IMG/VR virus record: IMGVR_UViG_3300025000_000063
Coordinates: 64,001-128,000 of that record
Length of the DNA: 64,000 nucleotides
Strand: one strand, 5' to 3'
DNA from: a virus
Taxonomy: Duplodnaviria > Heunggongvirae > Uroviricota > Caudoviricetes
Both the position numbers and the translations under genes were made by a program. Below the pieces are notes generated by a model. The model ran no database searches, was not told the origin of the DNA, and saw nothing but the letters and a program-made list of their open reading frames with translations. Positions 8,018 through 17,466 of the stretch are shown here, in pieces (positions within the stretch are counted from its first letter, which is position 1; each line of letters starts with the position of its first letter).

Positions 8018-8701
8018 ATGGCAACATCAACTACAGCAACCCCAACCAAAAAAGATCAAGTCAAAATCAGCATTATGCAGCACCTGAGCAAAAATGAAAA
8101 TGTGGATCAGACATTTCTCATCAAAGAATGCCTGACAATCGCCGGCAAAACAACAATCACTGACGCCTTGAAGGAATTGGAAAAGGAAGGGGCAATTGAG
8201 AAACTGAGTATCAACAAACTGATCTGCTGGAACATGTGTGCACTGAAACCGCTGCCTGAGGAAATTGAGCATGTTTCTGAGGTTGAGGAAGCGGCTGTAG
8301 AAGAAGCCCCGGAACCTATTATTGCTCCTGTTGTTGAGCCCATTCCCACCCTTGCTGAAGTTGCTGTACCATCCCTTAAAGAAAAACTGGTTAATGCCGG
8401 CAAAAAGGCCCGTACAAAAATCAGCATTGGAAAAACGAAAGAAAAGGTTGAACGCCCAAGGTCTCAGTATGGCCGGTTGCTTTCTTCTGCTGTTGGTGTG
8501 ATTGATTCTCTTTTGCTTGCTGGCACCACAACTGAAGACGAGATTATCAATGCCATCCAGAAAAAGTTTCCCCAGAAAACAAAACAACAAATCGTCAACA
8601 GGATGAAATCCCATCTCAGGCAGTTGAAAAAAGAAGGGGTAAAAATCACTGAAAAAAACGGTGTTGTAGCTGTTAAAATTGGGAGTAAAATTAAAAAATA
8701 A
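8018..8701 (+). CDS. Early protein with probable winged-helix-like domains; C-terminal domain paralogous to 18968..19792
   Basis: Strong RBS AGGAAAAGGAG; YGRLLSSAVGVID...QLKKEG.I.EKNG domain shared. Confidence 0.75.
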   Translation: MATSTTATPTKKDQVKISIMQHLSKNENVDQTFLIKECLTIAGKTTITDALKELEKEGAIEKLSINKLICWNMCALKPLPEEIEHVSEVEEAAVEEAPEPIIAPVVEPIPTLAEVAVPSLKEKLVNAGKKARTKISIGKTKEKVERPRSQYGRLLSSAVGVIDSLLLAGTTTEDEIINAIQKKFPQKTKQQIVNRMKSHLRQLKKEGVKITEKNGVVAVKIGSKIKK

Positions 8702-8725
8702 CTTTGTGAATGCAACCATTAAATA

Positions 8726-8751
8726 AGGGCAGGAAATTATTCTGCCCTTTT
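8726..8751 (+). terminator. Intrinsic terminator
   Basis: AGGGCAG/CTGCCCT stem followed by T tract. Confidence 0.75.
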
Positions 8752-8791
8752 ATAAAAACAGGATTTGGGCGTTTAAAAAAGGAGAAGCATA

Positions 8792-9298
8792 ATGATTATT
8801 GATCAAACCACACCAGGGCTGGAAGAGAAGAAAGGATATTGGGAGCTGAAAAAAGATCTGATATCAACGGAATTCTTGGAAATAAAGATATCTCTTTCCG
8901 TTACCGGTTGAATCATTGCCGGGAAAGGGATCAGGGCCGGGAAAGGGATCATTGCCGGGGAAGAGATCGAGGCCGGGGAAGAGATCGAGGCCGGGGGAGG
9001 TATCCGTGCAAAAAACATAATAGGAAAAATTAAAAAAATGTTCGGCGTCGAGATTGTTTCCATGCTGACAATATCATCCAAAAGGTGGCCTGTATTCATT
9101 TTTAACAGCACAATGAAAATCGGCTGCGAGATGCACCTGATTTCAGAGTGGAAAAATTTCTCTGATGGTGAGATATCTAAAATGAATGGCGATGCCCTGA
9201 AATTCTGGAGAGAAAACAAAGCCGAATTATTAAGCATTTGCAAAATTGTGAACAAGGCTTACAAAAGGAGGGATAATGAAAGAGATTGTGGAATTTGA
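8792..9298 (+). pseudogene. Hexapeptide-repeat (xxIxAG) protein interrupted by one in-frame TGA at 8909-8911
   Basis: RBS AAGGAG and ATG8792; continuous frame SVTG*IIAGKGIRAGKGIIAGEEIEAG... into ORF 9038..9298 with the phage C-terminal KIGCEMH..EW...ALKFW domain. Confidence 0.7.
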
Positions 9299-9443
9299 TA
9301 TGGGTGGTAAAAGAACTAAAGGTCGGTTAATATCAGAAAATAAAATGACTGCAATTGTGGACCTATACCGCTGGATCAATGTGAATGTGGTTAAAATCCA
9401 TAAGAAGAAAAAACGTTTTGTCCGTACCGGTGAATATATTTGA
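9276..9443 (+). CDS. Hypothetical protein (55 aa)
   Basis: Manual translation, RBS AAGGAGG. Confidence 0.55.
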   Translation: MKEIVEFDMGGKRTKGRLISENKMTAIVDLYRWINVNVVKIHKKKKRFVRTGEYI

Positions 9444-9527
9444 CTTTTGATTCGGCATTTAATTTAGGGGGTTAAATGCCTATGTGAAGAGTTAAATGCA
9501 ATTAAACGCACGTAAATAGGGGGTGTT

Positions 9528-10022
9528 ATGCAAATCTTTTGGACCAGAAATGATAGTACTAAATCATCAGAAGATTTAGATGACAAAAGATTAAACAAAC
9601 AAATCATCGAGCTTGGACAAATCCTGAGCACTGCAATATGGATTGAAAACTGTGATGTTGGAGAAACCTTAACAGCAATGGATTGCATTTATTTGCCCAC
9701 ACATGAAAATCACCCAATAATACAAAATTGCAAATATTATTATTTTAAAGCAATGTCGTATTTAACAGATTGCTGTGAAGAGTACAAACACAGGTTTAAT
9801 AAAATACATAAAACTTCTTTAATGCTGCATGATTTTAAAGCACAAAATCATCTATTTTTTAATTACCGGAGAATGCCGTTTATAAACTGCACCAAAAACC
9901 ATAAACATATCATCAGCACCACAGAAGCATATCGACAATGCCTCATTGAAAAATGGAAAAGTGAGAATCCTAAATGGACTAAAAGAAAAAAACCTGATTG
10001 GGCAAACAAGGAGGAAGAATGA
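9528..10022 (+). CDS. Pyrimidine-dimer DNA glycosylase/endonuclease V-like protein
   Basis: MQIF...LDDKRLNKQIIELGQILS...YLPTHENHP. Confidence 0.75.
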   Translation: MQIFWTRNDSTKSSEDLDDKRLNKQIIELGQILSTAIWIENCDVGETLTAMDCIYLPTHENHPIIQNCKYYYFKAMSYLTDCCEEYKHRFNKIHKTSLMLHDFKAQNHLFFNYRRMPFINCTKNHKHIISTTEAYRQCLIEKWKSENPKWTKRKKPDWANKEEE

Positions 10023-10246
10023 TCAAGAATGTAAACAGGAAGAAAATCAATCACATCTGGGCTGCTTCCAAAAATAGGAACAGCCCATGCTGGAATTCTC
10101 AAGAGATTAGTAAGAAGTCCTGGCGAAGGGTACCTGGGCTCAAAATCAAAATTCGGGATGGTGTTTACACTGAAGAGGTCAGGCATACTACCAAACCCAA
10201 AAGAAACAGAACCAGGGCAAGTATCCGATTTATTAACTTTAAATAG
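10019..10246 (+). CDS. Hypothetical basic protein
   Basis: ATGA overlap, RBS GGAGG. Confidence 0.5.
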   Translation: MIKNVNRKKINHIWAASKNRNSPCWNSQEISKKSWRRVPGLKIKIRDGVYTEEVRHTTKPKRNRTRASIRFINFK

Positions 10247-10387
10247 AATAAAATAGGAGAAAATAATGGAATTTGTCAGTAATTTTCCAGGAGAAGCACT
10301 CTTTTGGCCGGTTATGTTATTCGTAATGTTAGTTTGGGGCCGGTATAAAGAAAAAAAGAAAGCAAGCAAAAGAAGGATAAAAAGAAA

Positions 10388-11809
10388 ATGAAACCAATTA
10401 TTATCAATAACAGAATCCGGTTGCCGGATGATGTACCAGAAGAAAAATTGGAAGAAATCAAAAAGGCTTTTACTATTATCAATCCAGAATTCCGTAAAAT
10501 GATGGAATTCAAACGGATCAAAGAAAAAGATTGGGGTAAATTTATCAAAGAAGGATACTATATCACCAGAAATAAAGTAAAAGGACGCTGGACAACAAAA
10601 GCAATACCGGTTGAACTATATTACTGGGACTTTGATAATCGGACGCAGGTTGTTCTACCAAGAGGCGCAATGTGGCAGTTAAAAAGATTATTAAAGAGGC
10701 CCGTTACTAACGAAAAACACCAAGTAAAAAAGGCCTCTTTTATTTTTAAAGGGGAATTATCAGAAAATAAAGGACAGCCCGTAATCAAAAAATTATCCCA
10801 CAAGAACGGGATAATTCAGGCTCCTACAGGATCAGGGAAAACAGTAATGGCTTTATGGCTGGTAGCCAAATTCTCAGTGAGAACCTGTATCGTTGTTGAT
10901 ACAACTGAATTGATGAATCAATGGATTGCTCGGATTAAACAGTTTTTGGGAGTTTCTAAAATTGGAAAAATAGGCGCTGGAGATGTCAAAGTGCATCCTA
11001 TTTCCGTTGCATTAATGCAGACATTACGAGAACAGGAAAAGGCAATAAACTCGTTTGATTGTTTGATCGTAGATGAATGTCACATCGCGGCAACTGAATC
11101 GTATGAAAAAATCATCAATGTTTTCACCGGAGAATACGTATACGGGCTGAGCGCTACCCCAGTGAGGAAGGATGGAAAAACAGAAGTAATGAAATGGCTG
11201 CTTGGTCCTATCCGAATTGTTGTTAATTATAAAGATGCGGAAAGATGCCCCGCCAAAGTAAAAGTAATCCCTACTCAATTTAAAACGGATATCAATTTTA
11301 GGAGGAACTATCAGGCTGGGGTTAAATCGAGATTACTTGATCAAACAGTAAATAAGTTGATCGCTCAAAATATTGAAAAAGAAATAGACTGGTTTGGAAT
11401 TCAATTGGTGACTTCCAGGTCAGTCCAGCATCTTTATTTAATCCAAAACCTTTTGCCCCCATTAATAAAAATGGTAAGCCGTATTTTGGTTGGGCAGGTA
11501 TCCAAAGAAGACAGAAAAACCATAGTAAAAGAAGCCGCTACTGGTAAATTGAAGATACTTTTCGCAACTGAACAATTACTTGGTAAAGGATTCGACGAAC
11601 CTTTATTATCCGTGCTGCATATGGCAACACCAATTAAAGATGTTGATTTTCTGACTCAGGTGATTGGCAGAGTAACAAGGATTCACGAAGGAAAAAAAGA
11701 GGCCCTCATCCTGGATTACTGGGATAATATGGAACCGGTGTTAGGGCGGTCAGTGAAGGCCCGATTGAAAAAATATCAGGAATTAGGAATTGAAAGAATC
11801 AAAATTTAA
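10388..11809 (+). CDS. Superfamily 2 (DExH, UvsW/Rad25-like) helicase
   Basis: APTGSGKT, VDECH, GLSATP, LGKGFD, QVIGRVTR. Confidence 0.92.
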   Translation: MKPIIINNRIRLPDDVPEEKLEEIKKAFTIINPEFRKMMEFKRIKEKDWGKFIKEGYYITRNKVKGRWTTKAIPVELYYWDFDNRTQVVLPRGAMWQLKRLLKRPVTNEKHQVKKASFIFKGELSENKGQPVIKKLSHKNGIIQAPTGSGKTVMALWLVAKFSVRTCIVVDTTELMNQWIARIKQFLGVSKIGKIGAGDVKVHPISVALMQTLREQEKAINSFDCLIVDECHIAATESYEKIINVFTGEYVYGLSATPVRKDGKTEVMKWLLGPIRIVVNYKDAERCPAKVKVIPTQFKTDINFRRNYQAGVKSRLLDQTVNKLIAQNIEKEIDWFGIQLVTSRSVQHLYLIQNLLPPLIKMVSRILVGQVSKEDRKTIVKEAATGKLKILFATEQLLGKGFDEPLLSVLHMATPIKDVDFLTQVIGRVTRIHEGKKEALILDYWDNMEPVLGRSVKARLKKYQELGIERIKI

Positions 11810-11836
11810 AGAATGAAATAAACAGGGGGAATAATC

Positions 11837-12334
11837 ATGGAAAAAGACCCAATGACAGAATTATACGTCAAATATCAAAATCTTATTAGATACCAAGCGT
11901 GGAAATTATCCAAGAAATTGAATTGCAGTTTTGATGAGGCCCTAAGCGACATCAATATGATTTTCTGGGATTCCGTCAAATCCTGGCAGCCAGAAAGAGG
12001 GGCCTTCACCACCTTTTTATTTTGCTGCGTCCACAGCCATATTATCAACAGCATGACAGCCCGGTCAGCGATGAAAAGGAAAAATGAGACGCTGTCTGAT
12101 ATTATGGATTTAATAGCCCAACTACAGCCAAGCCCTGAAAAGCTGGTAATTTTAAAGGACCTTATTGAAAAAGACCCTGTGATGAACGCGATAAAAGACC
12201 TGTTACTGACGGAACAAAAGGGATACCAAGAACAAAAAAAGGGATTCAAAGGGTGGCTCTCTGATAAGCTTTTTGCCATGGGATTCAAATGGAAAGATAT
12301 CTGGGGAGCATGGAGATACATCGAACAACTATAA
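11837..12334 (+). CDS. Phage sigma70-family (region 2) factor
   Basis: LYVKYQNLIRYQAWK...DEALSDINMIFWDSVKSWQPERGAFTTFL. Confidence 0.75.
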   Translation: MEKDPMTELYVKYQNLIRYQAWKLSKKLNCSFDEALSDINMIFWDSVKSWQPERGAFTTFLFCCVHSHIINSMTARSAMKRKNETLSDIMDLIAQLQPSPEKLVILKDLIEKDPVMNAIKDLLLTEQKGYQEQKKGFKGWLSDKLFAMGFKWKDIWGAWRYIEQL

Positions 12335-12344
12335 GGGGGCTTGA

Positions 12345-12671
12345 ATGAATAGAAGGACAAAAATAAAGCAAAAAGCAGAAAGCCCGGTGAAGACAAAATT
12401 TAAAATAAAAAGAAAAGAAAAACCAACTGAACCGCCACCGACAACATATAAAAGGCCGGTAGGTGGTCATTTACCATTTCCACCAAAAGACTGCTACCGG
12501 CCAGGCTGGATTCAGTTTTTTACTGAAAAGAACGTGCCCTGGATTGATTTAGCAATCTGTATTGATTGCCCACAAAAATGCCAACGGAGAAAAGAATACC
12601 TGCAACAATTAAAGGAGGAAAGAAATGCCAAACGTGATGCCGGCACAGCAAGTAATACCAAACATGAATGA
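12345..12671 (+). CDS. Hypothetical protein with CxxCxxxC
   Basis: ORF in operon orientation. Confidence 0.55.
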   Translation: MNRRTKIKQKAESPVKTKFKIKRKEKPTEPPPTTYKRPVGGHLPFPPKDCYRPGWIQFFTEKNVPWIDLAICIDCPQKCQRRKEYLQQLKEERNAKRDAGTASNTKHE

Positions 12672-12969
12672 AACGCAAGAACTGGACAGAAACTCGTTGT
12701 TAATGAAACGAACAAAATTGCTTGAAGAGTTCCTCAGTAAAAATGGTATTACGGTACCTTTTATCCAAAATATCAAAAAAAGACACGCTGGAAATGGCTG
12801 CGAAGATATTAAAAATTACGTGGAATGGCTTCATGCGACCAGGTTTAACTTTGCCAATGCTTTTTACCTGGCATTTTATTGGCATCCAAAAGACCCAATT
12901 CCCTGGAAACAGCATGCACAAAATTGGAAATCTTTTCTGAAAGGGGGTTCTCCGTATGGACCTGCTTAG
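12664..12969 (+). CDS. Hypothetical protein
   Basis: ORF between neighbours, overlaps primase start. Confidence 0.5.
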   Translation: MNETQELDRNSLLMKRTKLLEEFLSKNGITVPFIQNIKKRHAGNGCEDIKNYVEWLHATRFNFANAFYLAFYWHPKDPIPWKQHAQNWKSFLKGGSPYGPA

Positions 12970-13891
12970 GTTATTTCAAGACCACGGTATTTCCTCCGCC
13001 CCTGAAGGTGCACCACATTATCGGCCTGGGTGGATAAATATCCCGTGCCCCTATTGTACAGGAAACCCTGGCAATCATTTGGGATACAATATCGAACAAG
13101 AATATTTCTTCTGCTGGCGTTGCGGACATAAACCTGTTACGAAAGTAATTGAAACGCTCCTTGGGGTAAACTGGAGAAAGGCGAAAGAACTGATCAGAAA
13201 GTATGAAGGGAAGTCCCACAATCCAGCTAAAAAATTAACCCTTAAACGAAAATCATTTATTTTACCCCACGCGGTGCCCTTAAACGAGTCCCCTGGAGGT
13301 AAATTTTACTTCAAAAAACGTGGTTTCAGTTTAAAGGAAGCATTATCATTAGAATCCCTTTTTGAGCTTAAAATAACTCAGCCAGGCGCGGTCATCGACC
13401 AAATGGATTTATCATACCGGGTTTTGATTCCGATTAAGTACCAAGGGAAAGTTGTTTCTTGGCAAACCAGGGATATGTCTGGCAATTCTCCTTTGAAGTA
13501 TATCTCCTGTCCGGAGGCCCGGGAACTTATCCACCACAAGCATATCTTTTACAATGATGATGGGGGTGATGAAGCAGTGCTCTGTGAAGGCGTGTTTGAT
13601 GTTTGGAAAGTAACCTTGGCTGGATACCGAGCTATCTGCGGGTTCGGGGTTGAATTAACCAAAGAACAAATCTTCAGGTTGATGAAAATGAAAAAGGTTC
13701 TAATCTTTTTTGACCCTGATGTTGCTGGCCAAAGCAAAGCCGATTTGCTATACAAACAACTGCTGTTCTCTGGGGTTGATGTTTGGAAGGTGCTTTACCA
13801 AACACCGGAAGGGAAAAAGAAAATAGATCCCGGTGAAATGGGCCTGGAAATACTCCGTGATGTGCTCGGGGAGGATTGTTTAATAGGATAA
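12956..13891 (+). CDS. dnaG: DNA primase (Zn finger + TOPRIM)
   Basis: CPYC...CWRCG Zn finger; EGVFD and FFDPDVAG TOPRIM motifs. Confidence 0.88.
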   Translation: MDLLRLFQDHGISSAPEGAPHYRPGWINIPCPYCTGNPGNHLGYNIEQEYFFCWRCGHKPVTKVIETLLGVNWRKAKELIRKYEGKSHNPAKKLTLKRKSFILPHAVPLNESPGGKFYFKKRGFSLKEALSLESLFELKITQPGAVIDQMDLSYRVLIPIKYQGKVVSWQTRDMSGNSPLKYISCPEARELIHHKHIFYNDDGGDEAVLCEGVFDVWKVTLAGYRAICGFGVELTKEQIFRLMKMKKVLIFFDPDVAGQSKADLLYKQLLFSGVDVWKVLYQTPEGKKKIDPGEMGLEILRDVLGEDCLIG

Positions 13892-13900
13892 AAAATAATT

Positions 13901-13930
13901 TTTAAAAAAATTAAAATCATTTTGTATAAT
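13901..13930 (+). promoter_or_regulatory. Repeated phage promoter, copy 1
   Basis: TTTAAAAAAATTAAAATCATTTTGTATAAT, identical to 27416..27445. Confidence 0.7.
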
Positions 13931-13939
13931 ATATTGCTT

Positions 13940-14022
13940 ACTTACCTGGCCCGGTAAGTCCGAAAGGATAAAGGGTGGGTTAGATCATTTCGCCCTGTTA
14001 TGATCTTCCGAGCCACCCACCC
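13940..14022 (+). promoter_or_regulatory. Structured 5' leader of initiator gene
   Basis: ACTTACC/GGTAAGT, TCC-GAAA-GGA, GGGTGGGT/ACCCACCC enclosing AGATCAT/ATGATCT. Confidence 0.55.
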
Positions 14023-14062
14023 AAAAAGCATCATCTTTAATGGCTCTACAAGGAGAAAAAGA

Positions 14063-15025
14063 TTGAAAAGAAAATCTGTGGCAAATCAAACAACCATTCA
14101 AACAACAATAAAGTATAATATCCCCCCAGATGCAATCTACGCAGATCCAACACCAGACAATTTTACGCAAGTACCAAATACAGTAATTGAAGACCTGAAC
14201 TTATCTTGGAAAAGTTTGGGTATTTTAGTATTTCTTCTACGGAATAAAAACAAAAAAGGATGGCATACGTACACGTCCAGTGTGATCCAAGCAAAAAAAG
14301 ATAAAAAGGATTCCGTATCTTCAGGGCTTGCTGAACTTGAATTACTTGGGTATGTTCTTCGTTTCCGTTATTACGATGAAAAGAAGAAAGTGCGAGGTTC
14401 TTTCTTTGCATATACTGCGCACCCATTCAAATTTGAATTAAATTATATTACAAAGTGGATAAGGAAGCAAGGATGGGGATTTACTCCTTCTACGCAGAAT
14501 TCAAAAGAAGTGTTTCAACAGGTTTGTAAAAAGCTAACCAGTCCAAACCTAAAAATGGGAAACCCAATATTGGAAAACCCAATATTGGAAAATCCGCCTC
14601 TAAAAAGAAAAACCTCTCAAAAAGAAAAACCTCTCAAAAAGAAAAAAAATAATAAAATAAATAAAAAACTATTTGATCCAATGGAAGTTTTTATGCAAAT
14701 ATGTCCAGAAGAAATGAAATCTGAAAGTATCCTCCATACTATGTATGAATACGCAGCATATAGATGGGAACAAGGGAACCCAATAAAAACTAAACAAGCT
14801 ATTGTTATATTAGTAAATAAATTGCGTAATTTTTCAGAAGATGAAATAATTGAAGCCCTGGAAAGATCCATAATGAATTCATGGATCGGTGTTTTCCCAA
14901 AAAAGAATGATGATTACGGATATGCCGGGAGGAATAAACAATACAATGAAAAAGAAGAACCAGAAGATGAGTATGACGGTTTACGTAAACCTGAATACAA
15001 ATCCTGGAAAGATATGACAGATTAA
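14063..15025 (+). CDS. Replication initiator/replisome organizer (wHTH, lambda O/DnaD-like)
   Basis: FTQVPNTVIEDLNLSWKSLGILVFLL...ELELLGYV; start moved to TTG14063 behind AAGGAG; internal iteron-like repeats. Confidence 0.7.
   Translation: MKRKSVANQTTIQTTIKYNIPPDAIYADPTPDNFTQVPNTVIEDLNLSWKSLGILVFLLRNKNKKGWHTYTSSVIQAKKDKKDSVSSGLAELELLGYVLRFRYYDEKKKVRGSFFAYTAHPFKFELNYITKWIRKQGWGFTPSTQNSKEVFQQVCKKLTSPNLKMGNPILENPILENPPLKRKTSQKEKPLKKKKNNKINKKLFDPMEVFMQICPEEMKSESILHTMYEYAAYRWEQGNPIKTKQAIVILVNKLRNFSEDEIIEALERSIMNSWIGVFPKKNDDYGYAGRNKQYNEKEEPEDEYDGLRKPEYKSWKDMTD
14558..14670 (+). repeat. Iteron-like repeats plus A-tract; candidate replication origin
   Basis: GGAAA(A)CCCAATATT x2 plus a partial copy; CCTCT(C)AAAAAGAAAAA x3 (17-bp period); A-rich tract. 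Confidence 0.55.
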
Positions 15026-15055
15026 TTAACAACAATAAAATAAAGGAGATTTAAA

Positions 15056-15304
15056 ATGGAAGATCCAAATTCAACACTCATTCCAGCACTTGTTGTGTTT
15101 TTAGTTCTATTTGCCATTTGCCGAGAAATTGTTTGCTGGTACTGGAAAATTAATGAACGGACTGACCACCTGAAGCAAATGAAAAAATCCGCAAAACGCA
15201 CAAATGAGTTGTTAATGGAAATAAAAGACCTGCTGCACAGGGACATAATCAAAAGTAGTGCGTCAGGCCAAGTCCTGGAAAAATGGAAAGACTCTGGCAA
15301 ATGA
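15056..15304 (+). CDS. Small membrane protein
   Basis: N-terminal hydrophobic helix, RBS AAGGAG. Confidence 0.6.
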   Translation: MEDPNSTLIPALVVFLVLFAICREIVCWYWKINERTDHLKQMKKSAKRTNELLMEIKDLLHRDIIKSSASGQVLEKWKDSGK

Positions 15305-16863
15305 AAACAAAAGAAATCCTCCAAATTGAACGGAAAATTGTGATCGGGCTGATTCTGTATACGGAGTATTTAAAACAAGCGATTGAACTCATAGATATTT
15401 CATGGGTTCAATCTCCGGAAGCTAAAATCATTATTTCATGGGTGTACGATTATTTCCAAACATATAAACTGGCTCCAGGGATGAATATCCAAGATATTTT
15501 CATGGAAAAGCTCCGGACCAAAAAGATCCATAAAGCCCAGGCTGAAATCATTGAATGGGTCCTCGCTGATTTATCAGAAGAAAGTCAGAATGAAAGCAAT
15601 ACTAACCTGGAATATTTGTTAGACCAGACTGAAAAATATGGGAAAGCATGTAAGATCAATATGTATGCTGACCGGGTTAAAGAGGAAGTTGAATCCGGAA
15701 GAATTCTGGAAGCGGAACAATTGCTTGTGAACTTTAAACCAGTAGAACATCTCAAATCAAATGCCGTCACCCCTTTAGGGACAGTTGAGCAGCGGAAACA
15801 GGCGTTTGAAAGTTACAAAGACCCGTTAATAAAATATCCTGGAGCATTAGGGCAACTGATCAACCAATATATGGTCCAGGAATCCTTTGTTGTTTTCCTG
15901 GGCCAGAATAAAGGAGGTAAATCGTTCTTCTTAATGGATGCCGCCATGCGAGCAGCCAAACAAGGGAAGCAAGTTGTTTTTATCCAAGCCGGGGATATGT
16001 CCCAAGCACAACAAGAACGACGCCAAGCAATTTATTTATCCAAGAAATCAGATTTACAGCAGTATTGCGGCCCTTTATTGATTCCGGCCCTGGATTGCAT
16101 CTGGAATCAAAATGATGAATGTGAATTAGATTTTAGGGCAGGAGGCAAAAAAGGGGATGATGGCCCGTTTTACAAGAAAAAGCCAGAACAAATCCATGAC
16201 TTAACATTAAAAGAACTGAAAGAGGCTTTTGAAGAAATGCCGGAGCATACTCCTTGTTACAATTGCCTCAGATTTAAAAAGAACCGGTTTCAAGGTGCTT
16301 TGTGGTATAAACAGAGAAAAGCCGTTGAACCATTAAGCTGGAAAGAAGTCCACAGGACTTTGGAAAAAAGGCATAAAACTTTGATAAACAGGATTAAGCT
16401 TATCACATATTCCAGCGAATCTTTGACTATGTCTAAAATCAATGCCGAATTGGATATTTTAGAGAAAAGTGGGTTCTTCCCGCAAATCATCATCATTGAT
16501 TACATGGACTTGATCGCCCCGGACTATGATGCTACAGGGCTGAAGCCCAGGGATCAAGAAAATAAAAAATGGATGCGTGCCAGGCGGTTGAGCCAGGACC
16601 GCAAATGTTTGTTACTATCTGCCAGCCAAAGCGATACGGAGGGATTCGATAAAAAGTTTTTATCCAAAAAGAATTTTTCAGAAGACCGCAGGAAGCTTGA
16701 CCATGTTACCGCAATGGTCGGGCTGAACATGACCAAAGAGGAAAAGAAGAAGGGCATTATGCGCATCAATGATATTGTGGCCAGGGATACTGAAGGCGCA
16801 AACTGGTGCTACGTTACACACCGTCTGCAAATAGGACGGCCAATCATTAATAGTTTTTTTTAA
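15301..16863 (+). CDS. Replicative DnaB/gp41-like helicase
   Basis: GQNKGGKS Walker A, IIIDYMDL Walker B, SASQ, EDRRKLDHV. Confidence 0.88.
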   Translation: MKTKEILQIERKIVIGLILYTEYLKQAIELIDISWVQSPEAKIIISWVYDYFQTYKLAPGMNIQDIFMEKLRTKKIHKAQAEIIEWVLADLSEESQNESNTNLEYLLDQTEKYGKACKINMYADRVKEEVESGRILEAEQLLVNFKPVEHLKSNAVTPLGTVEQRKQAFESYKDPLIKYPGALGQLINQYMVQESFVVFLGQNKGGKSFFLMDAAMRAAKQGKQVVFIQAGDMSQAQQERRQAIYLSKKSDLQQYCGPLLIPALDCIWNQNDECELDFRAGGKKGDDGPFYKKKPEQIHDLTLKELKEAFEEMPEHTPCYNCLRFKKNRFQGALWYKQRKAVEPLSWKEVHRTLEKRHKTLINRIKLITYSSESLTMSKINAELDILEKSGFFPQIIIIDYMDLIAPDYDATGLKPRDQENKKWMRARRLSQDRKCLLLSASQSDTEGFDKKFLSKKNFSEDRRKLDHVTAMVGLNMTKEEKKKGIMRINDIVARDTEGANWCYVTHRLQIGRPIINSFF

Positions 16864-16880
16864 AGGAGGAATGAAAGAAA

Positions 16881-17039
16881 ATGAATAAACCATTTAAATA
16901 TTTAGTATTGGGAAACCACCCTATTTTCCAGTATGTGACTCGACGTTGTTTAACAGTAGAAGAAGCTGAAAATGTAAAAAATGGATTATTAGCGGTTGGG
17001 TATGAAGTAGAAATAAAAGAGGAAGGAGGAGATAAATGA
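16881..17039 (+). CDS. Hypothetical protein (52 aa)
   Basis: Manual translation, ATGA overlap with next gene. Confidence 0.45.
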   Translation: MNKPFKYLVLGNHPIFQYVTRRCLTVEEAENVKNGLLAVGYEVEIKEEGGDK

Positions 17040-17455
17040 CAGCACCAAAGAACAATGAACAAGAAAATAAACCCCAACCCAGCCTGATCCCACTGGACCT
17101 GCTGATTAAGATCCTTGAACCAGCTTACAGGGAAGGGCTAATCAAATATCGTCGGGAATCATGGAGAGAAGGATTCCACACAACAATAATGATGGATTCG
17201 GCGCAGCGACACCTATCTGCCCATTTCTATGATGGAGAAGATTTCGACCCTGATGCCAAAAAACTGGGGATTAACAAGACTCATTTAGGCGGGGCATTAT
17301 TCAGCATCCTCTGTATGGCACACACAATGCTGAACCACCCTGAATTAGATAACCGGCCTGGAAAAATGAAAAAAGAAAAAATCTATGTCAGCACCTTAGA
17401 TGTTTTCGGGCTGAAAAAAGAATTTATATTCGTTGAACCACCAAACGAAGAGTAG
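17036..17455 (+). CDS. dATP/dGTP diphosphohydrolase-like protein (DUF5664 type)
   Basis: LIPLDLL...GLIKY.RESW.EG...DSAQRHL...GEDFDPD...THLGGALFSILC. Confidence 0.75.
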   Translation: MTAPKNNEQENKPQPSLIPLDLLIKILEPAYREGLIKYRRESWREGFHTTIMMDSAQRHLSAHFYDGEDFDPDAKKLGINKTHLGGALFSILCMAHTMLNHPELDNRPGKMKKEKIYVSTLDVFGLKKEFIFVEPPNEE

Positions 17456-17466
17456 GAGGATTTATA

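Noticed and set aside
1779-8911. Genome-wide TGA reassignment (code 4/25) or selenocysteine at the two in-frame TGAs
   Set aside because: Long genes are intact under the standard code, and TGA is a true stop in coupled overlaps (terL, thyX, 17036). No SECIS-like hairpin follows either codon, and neither sits at a catalytic Cys position.
14000-14062. ATG14000 as start of the initiator gene
   Set aside because: It is buried in a stem with no RBS; TTG14063 has AAGGAG at proper spacing.
17036-17455. Z-genome (2-aminoadenine) or 7-deazaguanine pathway implied by the dATP/dGTP diphosphohydrolase
   Set aside because: No purZ, folE/queD/queE/queC or dpdA genes were recognised in the window.
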